Positions 42,138 to 55,751 of a stretch of DNA of 64,000 nucleotides are shown piece by piece. The stretch's first letter is position 1, and every line of letters begins with the position of its first letter. A model generated the notes under the pieces. That model ran no database searches, was not told the DNA's origin, and saw only the letters and a program-made list of their open reading frames with translations. The translations under genes and the position numbers were made by a program. The stretch is taken from positions 310,001 through 374,000 of the forward strand of contig MU057865.1 in assembly GCA_013265495.1 (NCBI GenBank), given 5' to 3'. The stretch comes from Vicugna vicugna (taxonomy: Eukaryota).

Positions 42138-43550
42138 GATGTGGACTGTTTGCTAAAATGGCCATTTTTCTTCACTTCTACTTGTATCCACACCCTGTGC
42201 GAAGTGACTTTGTGGTTCGTCCTGTCAGAAAGTGGAGGCTACTTCTTTATAATATGAACTGATCTTGTGGTTTGCTTTGGCCAACTGATTGTGGCAGAAA
42301 TGACAGAGTACTGGTTCCAAGCCTGGGCCTCAAGAAATCTTGAGTGGCTTTGTTCTCTCTGGGTACCGTATACCACTAAGTGAACAAACTCAGGCTAACC
42401 TCCTGGCAGATGGGCGAGCACAAGGAGAAAATCCCAGCTGTGACTATTTTAGACCAGGGTGCAGTCAACTAATTAATTAAACAGGGAACTACTTTTCTAT
42501 ACTATACTCACAACACTTCTGACACCAAATATGTGAGGTTTCCCCCACATTAATTACTTTTCCAACTCTCTGGATACCAACTGGATGTCCCACAATTCAG
42601 CTATGATATCAAGTACCTAAAGTGAGTGCAGATCCCACGGGTTAAGGACTCAGTCCCACGAGACTGCCCACCCCTCCAGCCTTCAGACACCAGTTACAAG
42701 TCCTAGGTTGTCACCTGTACTTCTGAACAATTGGCTATAAATCTGAGGCTCCCACAGCCCTCTCCTCAGGTTTGCTAAGTTGCTTTAAGGACTCAAAGAA
42801 TGCAAGTAAACATTTACTGTTTTATTGTAAAGGATACAGATGAACAGCTAGATGGAGTTACGCAGGGCAAGGTCTGGAATGGTCCTGAATGCAGGAGCTT
42901 CTGTCCTCATGGAGTTGGGCTAAACCACTCTCCCAGCCCGTGGATGTGTTCATCAATCTAGTAGCCCTCCAAATGTCATAGCTAGGAATTTTATGAAGGC
43001 TCCATCATGTAGACATGATAGATTATTAATTAAATCACCAGTCCCTCTCCCATCCCTGGAGGTTGTGGGTGGGGCTGAAAACTCCAAGCTTCTAATCATG
43101 GCTTGGTCTTTCTGGTGACCAGCCTTCATCCTGAAGCCATCCAGGAGCCTACCAAGAGTTGTCTCCTTAGAACAAAAGACTCCTCTGTCACTCAAGATTT
43201 TCTAAGGAGTTTAAGGTGTCTGTATCAGGAACCAAGGTCAAAGTCCAAATATTAGAATAAAAGATGCTCCGAGAATTCCTATCTTTCAGATAATGCCAAG
43301 GGTTTTTGGAGCTTCATGTCAGGAGCTGGGAACAGAGACTAAATATATATAGTTCTTACTATGTCACACCACAGTATATGTGAGAGAGCTGACCACGTGA
43401 TTCACCACTGGCTGCAGATATGTGAGTAAGCCTTGCGGAGACTGGCACTACCTCGCTAACTCATGGATTTGTGAACAATAATTAATGCTTGTAGTTTAAA
43501 GCCACTAAGTCTTGGGGTGATTTGTTATGCAGCAATAACTAGCTGATACA
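42138..43550 (+). mobile_element. MLT1-type MaLR LTR, split by a nested LTR
   Basis: 5' half (TTGCTTTGGCCAA...GTTCCAAGCCTGGGCCTCAAGA) and 3' end (AAGCCACTAAG...TTGTTATGCAGCAATA...CTGATACA). Confidence 0.75.
42460..43368 (-). mobile_element. MER21-like LTR nested in MLT1
   Basis: ACTTCTGACACCAAAT...GGTTAAGGACTCAGTCCCAC...CTAATCATGGCTTGGTCTTTCTGGTGACCAGC matches recalled MER21-type sequence. Confidence 0.75.
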
Positions 43551-43699
43551 GATTTCAATGAGAACCAAGACTAAAATAGTTTTATTACAGTAACATATAA
43601 CTTGAAGGATGAATAGGGTTCAATAAGTGGCAAAGGAAGATGGAGAATCCCACAGATGGGGAACAATAGGAAGAAAATGAAGAGAGGCTAAAATATATA

Positions 43700-43925
43700 C
43701 AGTTGATCCTGGAACAACGTGGCTTTGAACTGTGTAGATTCACTTATACATGGATTCTTTTTCCAGTAGTAAATACTAGAGTACCACATGGTCAGTGGCT
43801 GATTGACCCCTCCGGGGTGGACCTGCAGATATGGGGGAGCTGCATATACAGAGGGCCGACTACATTATATAAGGATTTTCCACTGGGCGGAGAGTTGGTG
43901 CCCCTAATCCTGCAAGGGTCAACTG
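43700..43925 (+). mobile_element. Tigger2-type MITE
   Basis: Terminal inverted repeats CAGTTGATCCT / AGGGTCAACTG, preceded by TA. Confidence 0.8.
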
Positions 43926-44428
43926 TGTTTATTCAGGTGTCAATGGATAGGCTAACGTGAAGATAAAACTTTATATTAGGGGGCAGAAAGAGGTTAGAAA
44001 AGTGACTTTGGGTCAGTCTGTAGAGATTCTGACTTTGGGGTGGGAACTTGGTTGTCATCCCATACATAGTGGAACCACTGAAGGTGATGACTGTGGCTTG
44101 CTCCATCCCCACTTCTTACATTTCTCTTTCATTGCAGCCACTACCCTTTCCTAAAGCATCTGCTAAAGTAAGGTACAGAGTCAATAGATGTGCCTCTATT
44201 TTACTCCACTGACTGGCAAGAAAGAGAACGTTCTCAGTGTGTTTCCTTGTGAATAACCCCCAGACTACATTTTATGGTTTGGAGCACTCTTTGACAGAAT
44301 ATGGGACAAAATACTTCTATCTTGACCAAAGAGAAACAGATGGAAGAAATAATTTCCACTAAAAAAGAAAATAAATACAAAAAAGAATCATCCTGTTTAA
44401 GTGAAAAAGATAAAAAATACATTTGGTT

Positions 44429-44789
44429 CATGTGGAATCTAAAAAAAGAAAAAAAGCCACTAATGAACTCAACTACAAAACTGAAACAGACTTGCAGATA
44501 TAGTAAACAATCATATGGTTACTAGGGGAAAGGGAGTGGGAAGGGATAAATTTTGGAGTTTGAGATTTGCAAATATTAACGATTATATGTAAAAATAGAT
44601 TGAAAAAACAAATTTCTTCTGTATAGCACAGGGAACCATATTCAACATCTCGTAATAACTTTTAATGAAAAGGAATATGAAAACGAATATATGTATGTAT
44701 ATGCATGACTGGGACATTATGCTGTGCACCAGAGATTGACACATTGTAACTGACTGTACTTCAATTAAAACAAACAAACAAAACCCCCG
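44429..44789 (+). mobile_element. L1 3' end
   Basis: Same family as 7484, with an (AAAC)n tail. TSD CATTTGGTT at 44420-44428 and 44790-44798. Confidence 0.88.
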
Positions 44790-44854
44790 CATTTGGTTAT
44801 TCATGAAAAGGCATTAAATCTTTCCTTCTTTCTTGAGGAGGCATGTGCATTTAC

Positions 44855-44873
44855 TGACCACTAGATGGCACTT
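44855..44873 (+). promoter_or_regulatory. Putative CTCF site
   Basis: TGACCACTAGATGGCACT is a close match to the CTCF core consensus. Confidence 0.65.
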
Positions 44874-45673
44874 GTGTAAAGCATTTGAAATTGATTCCTG
44901 CACAAACATGAGTACCTGTTCGCATGTGGTCAGAGCAGAATCCGAGGTTTTGCTCCTATGCAGCCGCTCCCTCCCCCAACCCTGAGTCAAGAGAGGTGTA
45001 GAAAAGAGGGCCTAAATGTCTTCTGTGCTTTTTTTGACTTATAAAGAAAAATGAACCCGGCAGAACTGTTCCTGATTAGATCAGGAGGAGAAGGATGATG
45101 CATTCTAGCTGGGTGAATCAGGAGAAATGATATTCTGTCATTCTTTAGATATAGACCTGAAATACCAACTTTATATTTATGATTTCTGGCATGAGTCATG
45201 GTTCTCTGCTTACCCAGTCCGTGGATTTGGGTGAAGCAAGAATAGTGTGCCTTCCAATTGGTTACTTTATCACCCTGACGATTTCGGAAGATATAATAAC
45301 TCTTACCCTTTTGGGTGAAAAACATGGACCTCACAAGTCTTCTTATCAGATCGCAATAGTTTGACTCATCTTTATGAGAGCTGGCTGCCTGGTTGTTCAT
45401 TGCTGCCTCCAACTCATCTGGACATTTTCAGATGACGCAAAACATCTTTCAGATAGCAACTGTGGACGCCATCAACAACTGTATCTAGACCAGTGTGGGA
45501 CACGTCTTCAAAAAAAAAAAAAAAGGAAGAAAGAAAAAGAAGAGAAAATAGCAAACAAACAGAAACCTCATATAATGCAAGACATCGCAACGGAAGGCCA
45601 GCGGGACTGACAGTCTTGCCTGACTGGGGCCCCTCATTTCTCTGGGCCTGGAGCTAAGATCAACATTTGGAAC

Positions 45674-46288
45674 TGATGCAGGAAAAATGGATGTGGGGCG
45701 TGAGGAGGGCCATGCCCCAGGCTTCCACTGAGCCCCTGGGACGTGCCCCGCCAAGAGCTGGTCCTTGGCTTCATGCAGGAAAGAATTCAAGAGCAAGCCA
45801 CAGCTGAGTAAAGGTAGATTTATTTAGAGAGATACATCGAAAGGCAAGAGAAAGGCCATGAGGTGTGGGGGCTGGGTGCTCAGATTACAGTAAAAGTAGG
45901 TACTCACTCCATAGACAGAGTGCGGGCCGTCTCCAAAGGGAGAGGGTGGGGGAGCGGGCAGCCACGAGGCCTGTGCTGCCAGTTTTTATGGGCTCAGTGG
46001 CTTTATATGTTGATAAGTGGAAGGACCAGTCTAACTAGTCTCGGGAAGTTGGCCCTTTCCCTCCCTGTGACCTTTTGTGGCTAGCCTGCTACTGCCGTGG
46101 CGCCTGTGGGCGTGTTATTCACCGTGTTAATGTTACAATGGGCGTATAATGAAGCTCAAGCTCTGCTAGGAGTCAAATCTCCCCCCATCCTGAGCCTCAA
46201 GGCCCCCTGGGTGTTGAATCTTTAACCATTTTGATGTTGACTGCTGTGGCATTCCTCGAATGGCTGGACCCGCCTCACTTTCTGTCTA
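45674..46288 (-). mobile_element. Solo LTR, same family as 10374-10956
   Basis: Similar in reverse complement over its whole length. The left end TGATGCAGGAAAAA is the reverse complement of the LTR 3' end. Confidence 0.88.
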
Positions 46289-47199
46289 GCAAACCACGAC
46301 TCCTTTTCTGGAAGGTACGGTGCTGGCAAGCTGCCCGTCACAGCTCTGCCAACCCCATTAGCTTGTCACCACTGTGCTGATGGCAATCTCATTCGAGTCT
46401 CATCTAATCTGGCCTTTCAGTAGCCTCAGCTTTCTCCTGTTTAGCCTAAGCTGCTGCTGTAAGCGCATGTTTAAAGCATCGCCAGATCTGATATAAAAGG
46501 GACGCCTGTCTTAAAGAAGATTAGGGTGAGGTCAGGGAGTCTCGACAGGGCAAAGAGAAGACAGCAGATCAGGTCACAGGAGTAAAGGGGGATCAGCAAC
46601 AGACGTGTATGTACCGGGAAAAACGCAGCACCAGAGAAGGAATTCTCTTTACCGTCTGTGGTCCTGTGTTTTGACCTCCAGGATGGCATCTCTGGTCCAT
46701 TTGTGCCTCCATGGAGCTTTTATGCTCTTTTCCAAATGTCCTTATCAAATCCTATCTCAGGGAGAGGATTGATAAACTGATTTTTAGTGAAGATTGCCAT
46801 TTTAACAGGAGGCAAAGGAAGAATTTCATAAAGGAATGGAATTAAATTCTAATGGCAGAAATGAATGTTTTAGCAAGCGGTGTCAGAGATACCATCCTCT
46901 TGTTTGTGAAGCCATCATTCAAGCTACTTCCTTTTCTGTTTTTTTTCAAAACTATCCCTGGTTGTACAAATTAGTGTATGACCAGGAGCCTAGTTAGCTT
47001 TCTGGTTTTGACAGCACAAAATACACTCAATTTGATGAGGAGATAAAGAGGGACTGAATCATTGGTAAAAAGCCAGAATTGGAAATTAGGGAGGGACACA
47101 TATAAGGATGCAAAAAAGCAAATACATTGAAAATTATGCATGAGAAACTTGAGGATCATGTGTATCAAAGTATTGCAAACTTCTGTTTACGGCTTAAGC

Positions 47200-47590
47200 T
47201 TGTTCTCGGTCCTCATCAGTCATAGGATCTGGTATATAACTGGTTTGTGATCCAAAACCAGCCGGTCAGAGTTCTTCCTTGGGATACATCTGGGAAAAAA
47301 AACGCTGTCTCTTTCTCTGGAACAGCAAAGCTGTGATGCTGCAAATTGGAACTTTTGGTGGTCTCACTACTTCCTCTCCTCAATACATGGAGCAAAACTG
47401 TCTGAAGTCATAGTGAAGGAGGCCAGCGTGCAGAGAGAAGTGGAGACGTGCTTTGAGCAAAAGAAGAGAAGATAAAATAGCTCCATTTCTGATCTTGGCC
47501 AGTTAAATGATCCAATGTGATCCCTTTTTAGCTTAAACTATTTGAGCTGGGTTTCTGTCACTGGCAGCCACGATAATCTTGCCTGATATA
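47200..47590 (+). mobile_element. Ancient ERVL-type LTR (LTR16/33-like)
   Basis: GCTTAAACTATTTGAGCTGGGTTTCTGTCACT 3' motif. Confidence 0.5.
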
Positions 47591-48612
47591 TTCCCAACCA
47601 GTCCAGCCGGGTCTTCTAATGTGGCACATGTCACTACTAGAAGTTTCACTGAGTAAATTGTTTGGCATCTCTGGTTCAGCTTGCCATCTGATTCTAATAG
47701 AGACAACAGTCAGTGTCTTTCGAGGAAAATATAACTACAAGTCAGATTTTGGTCATCTTGGCTCATGATTATTTTCAGACCTGAAGCACAAGTATTAGCT
47801 GTTCCTGTAAGAAGTATTATCTAGGACGGCATCAAATAATATTTGCAACAATGTATTGCATTTTCATAGGGGAACTTACAATGAATGTATTTTTCATCAA
47901 CTCCTGGGATTTTTTTTTTTCTTAAATACTATGATGACTGGCCGTGTGCTGAGCTGGCCAACATTCTTCTCTCGTGTTTTCTCCTCACAAGGACCGAAAG
48001 TAGAATGGAAGGAAGATTTTTAGAGGTCAAGACAGCCTAAGCCTCACAGCAACATGAAGAGAGGAAGAAGAAACTCGAAACTAGAATGGAACTTACTGCT
48101 TTTTGGTCCCGTGGACTATTTCCTGCCCTCCCTCACCCCCCAACACACACACAGTAGAAAGGCAGGCATTAGAGTCCAACTCCCTCCTTTTGGAGACCCA
48201 TGAGATTAACTGAGTGACCTAGCCAATGTCACAAAACACGCTTGCAAAGAACCAGGACTCCCTGTCCTCTTTATATCCTAAATGGTGCATCAAAACGTGT
48301 TTTAAGAGAAATTATTTTGGTATCATTTGAGGGGATTATTTTCCCAATTAATGAGCCCTAGTAACAGATAAAGAAAGGAGGTAATCTTTATATAAATATA
48401 AAAGCAAGAAACGATACATCCATAGCTTATCTTTTTTCCAAAGCACCATCACATCATATATTTTTTCCCCTGCCCCTTGGGAATGCCTTTGTTTTCTGAT
48501 TCTGCACCACTGCTTTTGTGGTTTGCATCTCTTGGAATAGACTTCCTATCTCTCTGTCTGGTTCAACATACGTGGAGCGTGTGCTTTTCTATGCCAGACA
48601 TTCTCAACACTG

Positions 48613-48915
48613 GCGCTGTCTGACAGCAACAGAATGCAAGCCTCACACGAGATTTAAAATTTTCTGGTAGTCATGTAAAAAAAAATTAAACAGTAGGAAT
48701 TAATTTCAAGAATATATTTGATTTAACCCAATATACCCCAAATGTTATCATTTCCATATGTAATTTATATAGAAAATTGTTAAAGGTATATTTTATATTC
48801 TTTTCTTTGTCATAAGTCATCTAAATGCAGTATTTTTCACCTACAGTCCATCACAATTTTGACCAGCCGTATCCCAAGTGCTTGATTGCCCCACGTAATC
48901 ATTGGACGATATAGA
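48613..48915 (+). mobile_element. MER33-like hAT MITE
   Basis: GCGCTGTC start, TTTAAAATTTTCTGGTAG, TTTAACCCAATATACCCCAAA. Confidence 0.65.
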
Positions 48916-50269
48916 CGAAGAGGTTTAGAGCAGGCTTACAGCATCATCAAATCTTCCCAGTTTCTCAAGATCAAACTCAAACTTCGTTTTCCCACTGTAT
49001 TTTTTCCCTATGTTTTGCAGGTCAAAAGTATTTCCTACTCTGAACTATATAGTATTTCTGTTACCTTGAAAACTCCTTTTGCCACATGTACCAACAGAAA
49101 GCCAGACACCATGCTAGATGATTAGAAGGGCCTCAAATTCTTGAGTCCCTGAAACACTTTGTATCTCTTGGGACTTTGTATACTGTTACACCTCATCCTA
49201 TTGTTTGCTTAGCTTATGCACTTTACTGCAGTGTAAAAATTCTCTCCACAGGAGCTGTCTTTCTTATGTTTGTGTAGTCCACCTCGTCTTACCTGTGGTA
49301 GACCATTAATACGAGGGTGTTGAATTATGGAGACAGGATAGCCTCAAATCATGTCCATCTCCCCATTTAGAATGTGAACATCTTAAAGGAAGAGTGCATA
49401 TCTTATTTTTTTCCCTCTGTGTGCTCTCAGAAACTCATAAGAAAAAACATTCATACAAAAACTAATTGCCAAGTAATTATTCATTGATTTTGATCTTCAC
49501 CTGAGGGAAGGCAGGCATTTTCCCATCCTGAAGCATGGTGGAGTTGAATGGAGATGGAGATGTTCATCAAATGGGTTTTGTTACCAACCACCCTGTGTCT
49601 CTGGGTAACATGGTTAATGTCCCAGTATTTTTTTTTCTTGAATCCAGAATGTATTTCTGTATTATTATTTTCTGTATTTTTAAATAGAATGGTTCAAGAG
49701 ACTTCAAAAAGGCCCAAAGGCCCCAAAGATGTCTGAATTTAATATGTGATTATACTGAAGTTGTGTCTGTTGATTCCTCTGTGGCCAAGCTTTCTAAATC
49801 TTCTGTCCTATAAAATCAGATTTATATGGGATACAGATTTAGTAGACAGAACGCGGGCTTTAAATTGAGGAAGACCTGGATTCTAATATTGGATTTGCTC
49901 TTTCCTACTTAGACAGTTTGGTTCAGTTATTTCACTTTTTTAAACCTCAATTTTCACATCTGTAAAATGGGGATCATGATATTTATGTAAGTTGTTTTAA
50001 TGGTAACATGAACCTGTGAGTCCGAAACCCTCTAACAATATCTGACATATGAACCATAAATGCATGGTACAGGCTGTGGTTTTTCCTTATCTCTTGCCAG
50101 AAGGAACACAGTTAGCAAATGGTGAGCGGGGCTAGACCTCCGAAGTAGGTCTGTCCAGGTTCTGGTGCTGTATTATTTCTCTTTCTTACGACTTCCCCTG
50201 TGGCCTCAGGCAATAATGCAGCTGCGAGATGAATGACCACTAACCCGGAGGAAAGTCTCTCGAAGCAAA

Positions 50270-50790
50270 TCTCAGAGCTCTGTCCAGGACACTGCCCGGC
50301 TACCTATTGAAGACCCGTGTGAGGACGGTGAGAGAAGGCTGATCAGATCTGTAAGTGGCACCAAGCTAGGCTGAATATCTCATATGTCAGAGGTCAGAAG
50401 CAAGGCTCAGAAAGGTCTTTCGATGCTGGTGTAATGGTTTAAATTCAGTAAGATGAAATTTATAGGGAGTAACATGAGGCCTTGCTCGTTAGTCTGAAAA
50501 CTCAGTTGGGAGAGTTGTAACACAACAGGAGATCCGTGGAAAAGATCTCGGAGGGGGCGGATCTTAGCTGACCGTGAACTTGACATGAATCCATAGTAAT
50601 AGGGTTGTTCAGAGAAGTCAGTCTTAGGTTGCACTCGTGGATGTGTAGCACTCAGGATGACAGCAGACCAGTCTGGTTCCCTGTGCTCATTGGAACTTCC
50701 CTAGAATTTTATGTTGTGTTTTGGGCGCTACACTAAGAGGAATAGAGACAGATGAAGGGTGCTGTCATCACAAAGCAAAAGCATTTGCCC
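50270..50790 (+). mobile_element. L3/CR1 RT-region remnant
   Basis: CTGATCAGATCTGTAAGTGGCACCAAGCTAGG is a degenerate 'LIKFADDTKLG'. Also AAGATGAAATTT and GTGGAAAAGATCT. Confidence 0.65.
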
Positions 50791-51470
50791 CCACCTGTCC
50801 TTGGCTCAAGCAGTCCTCAGTACACCTTTCCTGAACACCTGCTGTGTTCCGGGCACTTCCCCTGGCTCTTGGGTTACAACGGCGAACAAAGAAGACAAAT
50901 AATTCCAGAGGGAACTCGGAAAATTTAGCCTGGAAAAGAGAAAACTTAGCAAACATATGCTATCTATTGAAATAGAGTGATGTCTGGGCCATGGCTTTCC
51001 ATCAATTAAAAGCATCCACTGAAGGAACGGGTTGCTTTGCAGCTGGCGTATGCAGACTAAGTTGCTTGTTCTCTTCTAGGCCATGAAAGGGAGTCAGATA
51101 GAGTGAAAGCCTGTGATAATCAGCCCCATGGGCGGAGGGATTCAAAGATAATGTACTTGACAATTGGCCCTTTAGCCCATTCTTTTCTTCAAAAGGGACT
51201 GGCTAAATTTGTTACTTTCGTAGGGGTGGAGGGAACGGAGAGCTCACTGGGGAGTGAACGGGGTTGGGGGGAGGTTAAAGAGGGAAAAAGCAGGCAGCCC
51301 ACCGAGGGAAGCAGGCCTGTGCTCCCCTGGCCCAGTCCCGCCTGACCAGGCCTGTGGAACAGGCGCCACTTCATTAAATGATTCCCGGAATCGCTGCGGC
51401 CACCTCAGAGGCCCCAGCCAGCCCCGAAGTCCTGAATGGTCCTCTTTGATATTAATCTGGAATAGATCAC

Positions 51471-51488
51471 CACCGTCAGGTGGCACTA
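51471..51488 (+). promoter_or_regulatory. Putative CTCF site
   Basis: CACCGTCAGGTGGCACTA has two mismatches to CCACCAGGTGGCACTA. Confidence 0.45.
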
Positions 51489-52138
51489 AACCGTAGCTGG
51501 GACTTGGATGGTTCCAGATTGTACCGCCAGGAGAAATGCCACACGTATTTCAGTAACTTCACACTGATCAGCCTAGACAGTTTACGTGACTGAAATCTTT
51601 GAGTTCCCTTTTCAAGTTGTGGAGGTGTTTTGTAGTACCCAAAGCATTACCACTAAGCTTCTGTCCAGCCTTCTGCTTATCTGTCCTAACTGTCCTTAAC
51701 TGTCCCAACTCTGCGGTGATCCAGTCACCCCTCAGGGCCCAGTTCGAATGTTATGCTGTAACGTCTAGTCTGACGCCTCCAGTCAGAAATAATTTTTCTT
51801 TATTTGTATTTCTATAGTATACTTTCATGTTTATCCTCCAAGAGTTACTCAATTGCATTACAGTTCCCCATCCTCAATGCATTCTTCAGTAAAGTATTTG
51901 CCAAGTCCCTGCCCTTGTCTAAGCACAAGGAGAAGAAATTGCACGTGATTTTAAGGGCCTTTCAGGACAGGTGGGCAGATCAGATCAGGTCAGTGTGGGC
52001 CCTCAGACGGCACGAGCGGCCCATAACTCAGAGGTGGGAAAGGCTTGTGGGGCTGAGGAGGGAAGGCTCCTGAGGGTGCCAAGACTCCTCACTGATCACG
52101 TTACTCTCCTGGGGGTGCCCAAATCTTTTACAGAATTC

Positions 52139-52229
52139 TTTTTTTTTGTTAAATGGAGGTGGTGGGGATTGAACCCAGGACCTTGTGCACGCTAAGCATG
52201 TGCTCTACCACTGAGCTATACCTGCCCCC
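52139..52229 (-). mobile_element. Vic-1-like SINE (short form)
   Basis: Poly(T), then GGGGATTGAACCCAGGACCTTGTGCACGCTAAGCATGTGCTCTACCACTGAGCTATAC. Confidence 0.9.
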
Positions 52230-55200
52230 AACCCCCCACAACATTATTCTATCACATGGACTGAAATGGTGGTAGATGCGAATGTACGTATACGTTGACA
52301 TTCAGATTTATATTTCAACATTTCAGGCTATGGGGTCAGGTTTTCAGAGCAATACCATGAATTATCAAATATTACACCTTAGCAACCATAGCTCCATTAA
52401 AAAACAAAACTTACCTGCAGCCTAAAAGTATGATGATCTTCATAGTTAAAGAAAAGAGCCAGAAAATGATTGTCCATGTAAATACCTTCAAACACAGAAA
52501 GTTGAAACAGGATTTCCCCAAACATCATTTGCCTTTAAAAAAAACAAATTCAAGGCTTTGTCTTTGTCTTGTATATTAATGTACCAGCTGTGTGTCTAAG
52601 CCGGACATTTCCTCTCTCTGAGTCTCAGAACCATCAGTGGAAACCTTACCCTACCTTTCAGGGCCCTCAAGAGGATCACATGTAATGCTTAGCGTAAAAT
52701 TACACACTAAATGCTCTTCTGCAGGTATTTTCTATTCCAAGCAATTGCTGCCTCAGTTCCCCATTTTCTTGGTGCCTGTTTCCTTGGTTTCTGCCTGCTG
52801 TTAACTTTGCTTGATGAAATTTAATTGCTGGTTTTCACAATCAATTGCTGTTGGTAAATCTCTCCAAGTACCTCATGTTTTTTTCCCATCAAAAAATAAG
52901 GGATTAAAATTATTTCGTTGAGTGCAGAGCAGTGTATTGGTCTTTGGGAGCGTTTTAGATCATCTAAAGGAGACTCAGTCCTTGCCCTCCAGAAGTCAAT
53001 AGTCTTAAGGATGTATTAACCAAGCCAAAAAGTTTTCTATGAATACGAATATTAATCTCTGTGTTCTATCTGCCTAGGATTTATTCTAGCAAGGCACAAA
53101 AGGAGAGACTGTGGGGGGCCTCGGCCCTTTTCTTTGGAGTTAAGGAGTTAAGAATGTTTTCCAAATACTCTGATTCTTCTCAAGAACACCTCTTGATCTG
53201 TTATCTATGAATTTGTATCAAACACTTTTGAGCTGTTTTAAATTTCTAGCTGGTGTTACAACTTGTGCGAAATGATAATTGTTAAGATGTATTAAGTATT
53301 TATTATGTTTTAATAAACTATGTGCTTTACCACATCTACATGCGTCGTTTCATTGTATCCTTATAGCAACCTTGAGAAGGATGATACTGTGATAACCCCC
53401 ATTTTACAGACAATCACATCGAGCCTTCTTGGAAGGTTATTTGCCTTAGAACACACTTAAAGTAAGTGAGAGAGCTGGAATTCTAATTCAGGTATTATGA
53501 TTGCAGAATTTGTCTGCACGATAGCTTTGCTAAAATGCCTTAATATCAATTTTATTCATCTTAAAATCATTTTTTTCAATTTTTAAATGTCTCTCCACTC
53601 CACCTTTCCCAATTCTGATATTCCGCAACGTCATAAGCCCTCTCCCCACCACCATTCCTAACCTTTTGTGAAAAAGGGTTTGTAGTGAAATGGAAGCATA
53701 TTCATTTAAGAATTAAAAGGCTCTCTAATTTTGGCTCCACCAACATTTATTTGGATAAATTTGAGAAAGCCATTTAACTTCTCTTGACATTTTTTCCACC
53801 TCTGAGAAATAGAGATGAATGACGTTTTCTGTGTTGGCTGTGTAAAGCAATAACTTGACATACATGAAACTATATGCTAAACTGTAATGGAGTAAAACTA
53901 ATATAACATATAATAAAAAACAGTTAACTTCTATATCATGTCAGTTCTTGCACTTCCTTTGAGCCTTTGTAGTTTAACATTATAGAGGATCTCTTCATTT
54001 TCTTAAAAATCTTAAATGTCTTTACTAGATCTTTCAGAACAAAATGAAGAATTTCGGAAGTAGACGTACGAAGGGAAAAATACTCTCTCTCTTTTTTCAT
54101 TTTCTATCTCAAAAATACCCCTCCCTTTTTTTTGTTTACTTTTCCAGAAGATTCTGAGATGGGCTGAACAAGTTCCAAGACACAGATGAGTATATTTTCA
54201 TAGCAGTGAAATGTGGATCATATGAGTTACCTTGTAGAAGGTTGTTGAGTGCTTCGCAGCCAGTGCTGGAAGCAAGGATCAGTTGGCTCTTTGAGAGATG
54301 CAGGTCAGTGATGATGCAACAAAACCATTTCCTCTTTTCATGCATATAATTATTGTACTATCTAGGGAGCATTCCAAAGCATATTATGGTTGGACAATGT
54401 GGACTCCTGTTGTTCCATGGAACTCCAGGATCATTTTGTATATGGAATGATTGGATATTCCAGAAAGGGTGGCACTCATAGTCTACCCCTAGTGCTGAAA
54501 TTCTCAACCAAGTGACATGTAAAATGGCCATTCCTATACAGGGAGCTGGGGGCTCGTTGACTTTGTCTGCACCAGCACGATGCTTCAGCTTCATGCCAAA
54601 GAATGATTTTCAATATTGCATCATTTTTAACCTGTACACACTCTTGTTCCCCCAAGAATCTTCATCCTGTAGCCATTTCTACTGGCTACGTGTAGGACTT
54701 ATGAGATAACCAGTGAAGAGAGAGGGAAGGATGTGGGAGTAAGAGGTAGATGGAGCTTTACAATCTTTTGGTGACAGGGGCTCTAAATCAGATATTTTAT
54801 GATTTCGTTTTCCATGGGTTTATGAGGTCTGAGAAACTTGAGCTTAATATACATGAGTCTTCTGTGTTGTAGGAAAGGCAGACCCAGATCATGTAATGGT
54901 ATATAACCGTGTTATTGTTCCTACTTCATGCACCCCCACCAGCATCATCTTGGGAGAGTATTAGAAACATTGTTTATGACAATGAATTGCTGTGGGTAAA
55001 ATTTATAAAGTAAGCAATTATTTGTATTAGTCAGAACATAATATCAATTTATCATATGGCCCAAATTTCCCTGTAAACCCCTGAAGATTATGACAAAGGA
55101 ATGCATTAGCAAAATGTTAAGAGTAAGCTGAGGGCCGGGGTAATACCCAGGGCAAAGCTCATCTATAACCCTAAGGAACCACTTATCAAGGCAGAGGGCT

Positions 55201-55541
55201 GCCTTTTGAATATGGATGGGGAGGAAAAGCCCCATTCTCCACTGCTTTCAGATGGGGGATTCAGCTTGACCAAATAGTCCATGCTACCAGTAATTTCTTG
55301 TTATAATATACCTGATTGAGAAGATGGGAATGTGAAACGAGCTTCTTCAGGATGTAGCAGCTTCCATGTCAAAATGCTGAGAGGAGTACCCCTGCAGGTC
55401 GATCAACTGCCCAAGATCCCAGTGGTCTTTCCTGTCACTGATGGCAGTAGAGAGCACCTTATTTCATCCACAGAAGGGAGCCAAGACGTGATGAAGGAAC
55501 TATATAGACACCACACCACCACCACCCTTCTCCTTGCAGCA

Positions 55542-55751
55542 TCCTTCTTTCTTTCCTCCCTTCCTTTCTCTTCCCTTCCTTTCACTTCCTTCCTTCCTTC
55601 CTTCTTTCCCTCCTTCCTTCCTTCCCTCCTTCCTTCCTTCCTTCCTTCCTTCCTTCCTTCCTTCCTTCCTTCCTTCCTTCCTTCCTTCCTTCCTTCCTTC
55701 CTTCCTTCCTTCCCCTCTCTTCTCTTCCCTTCCTTCCTTCCTCCCTCTTTC
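55542..55751. repeat. (TTCC)n-rich polypyrimidine microsatellite
   Basis: Read directly from the sequence. Confidence 0.97.

Noticed and set aside
44987..45412. 141-aa ORF
   Set aside because: TTG start, no homology recognised, flanked by repeats.
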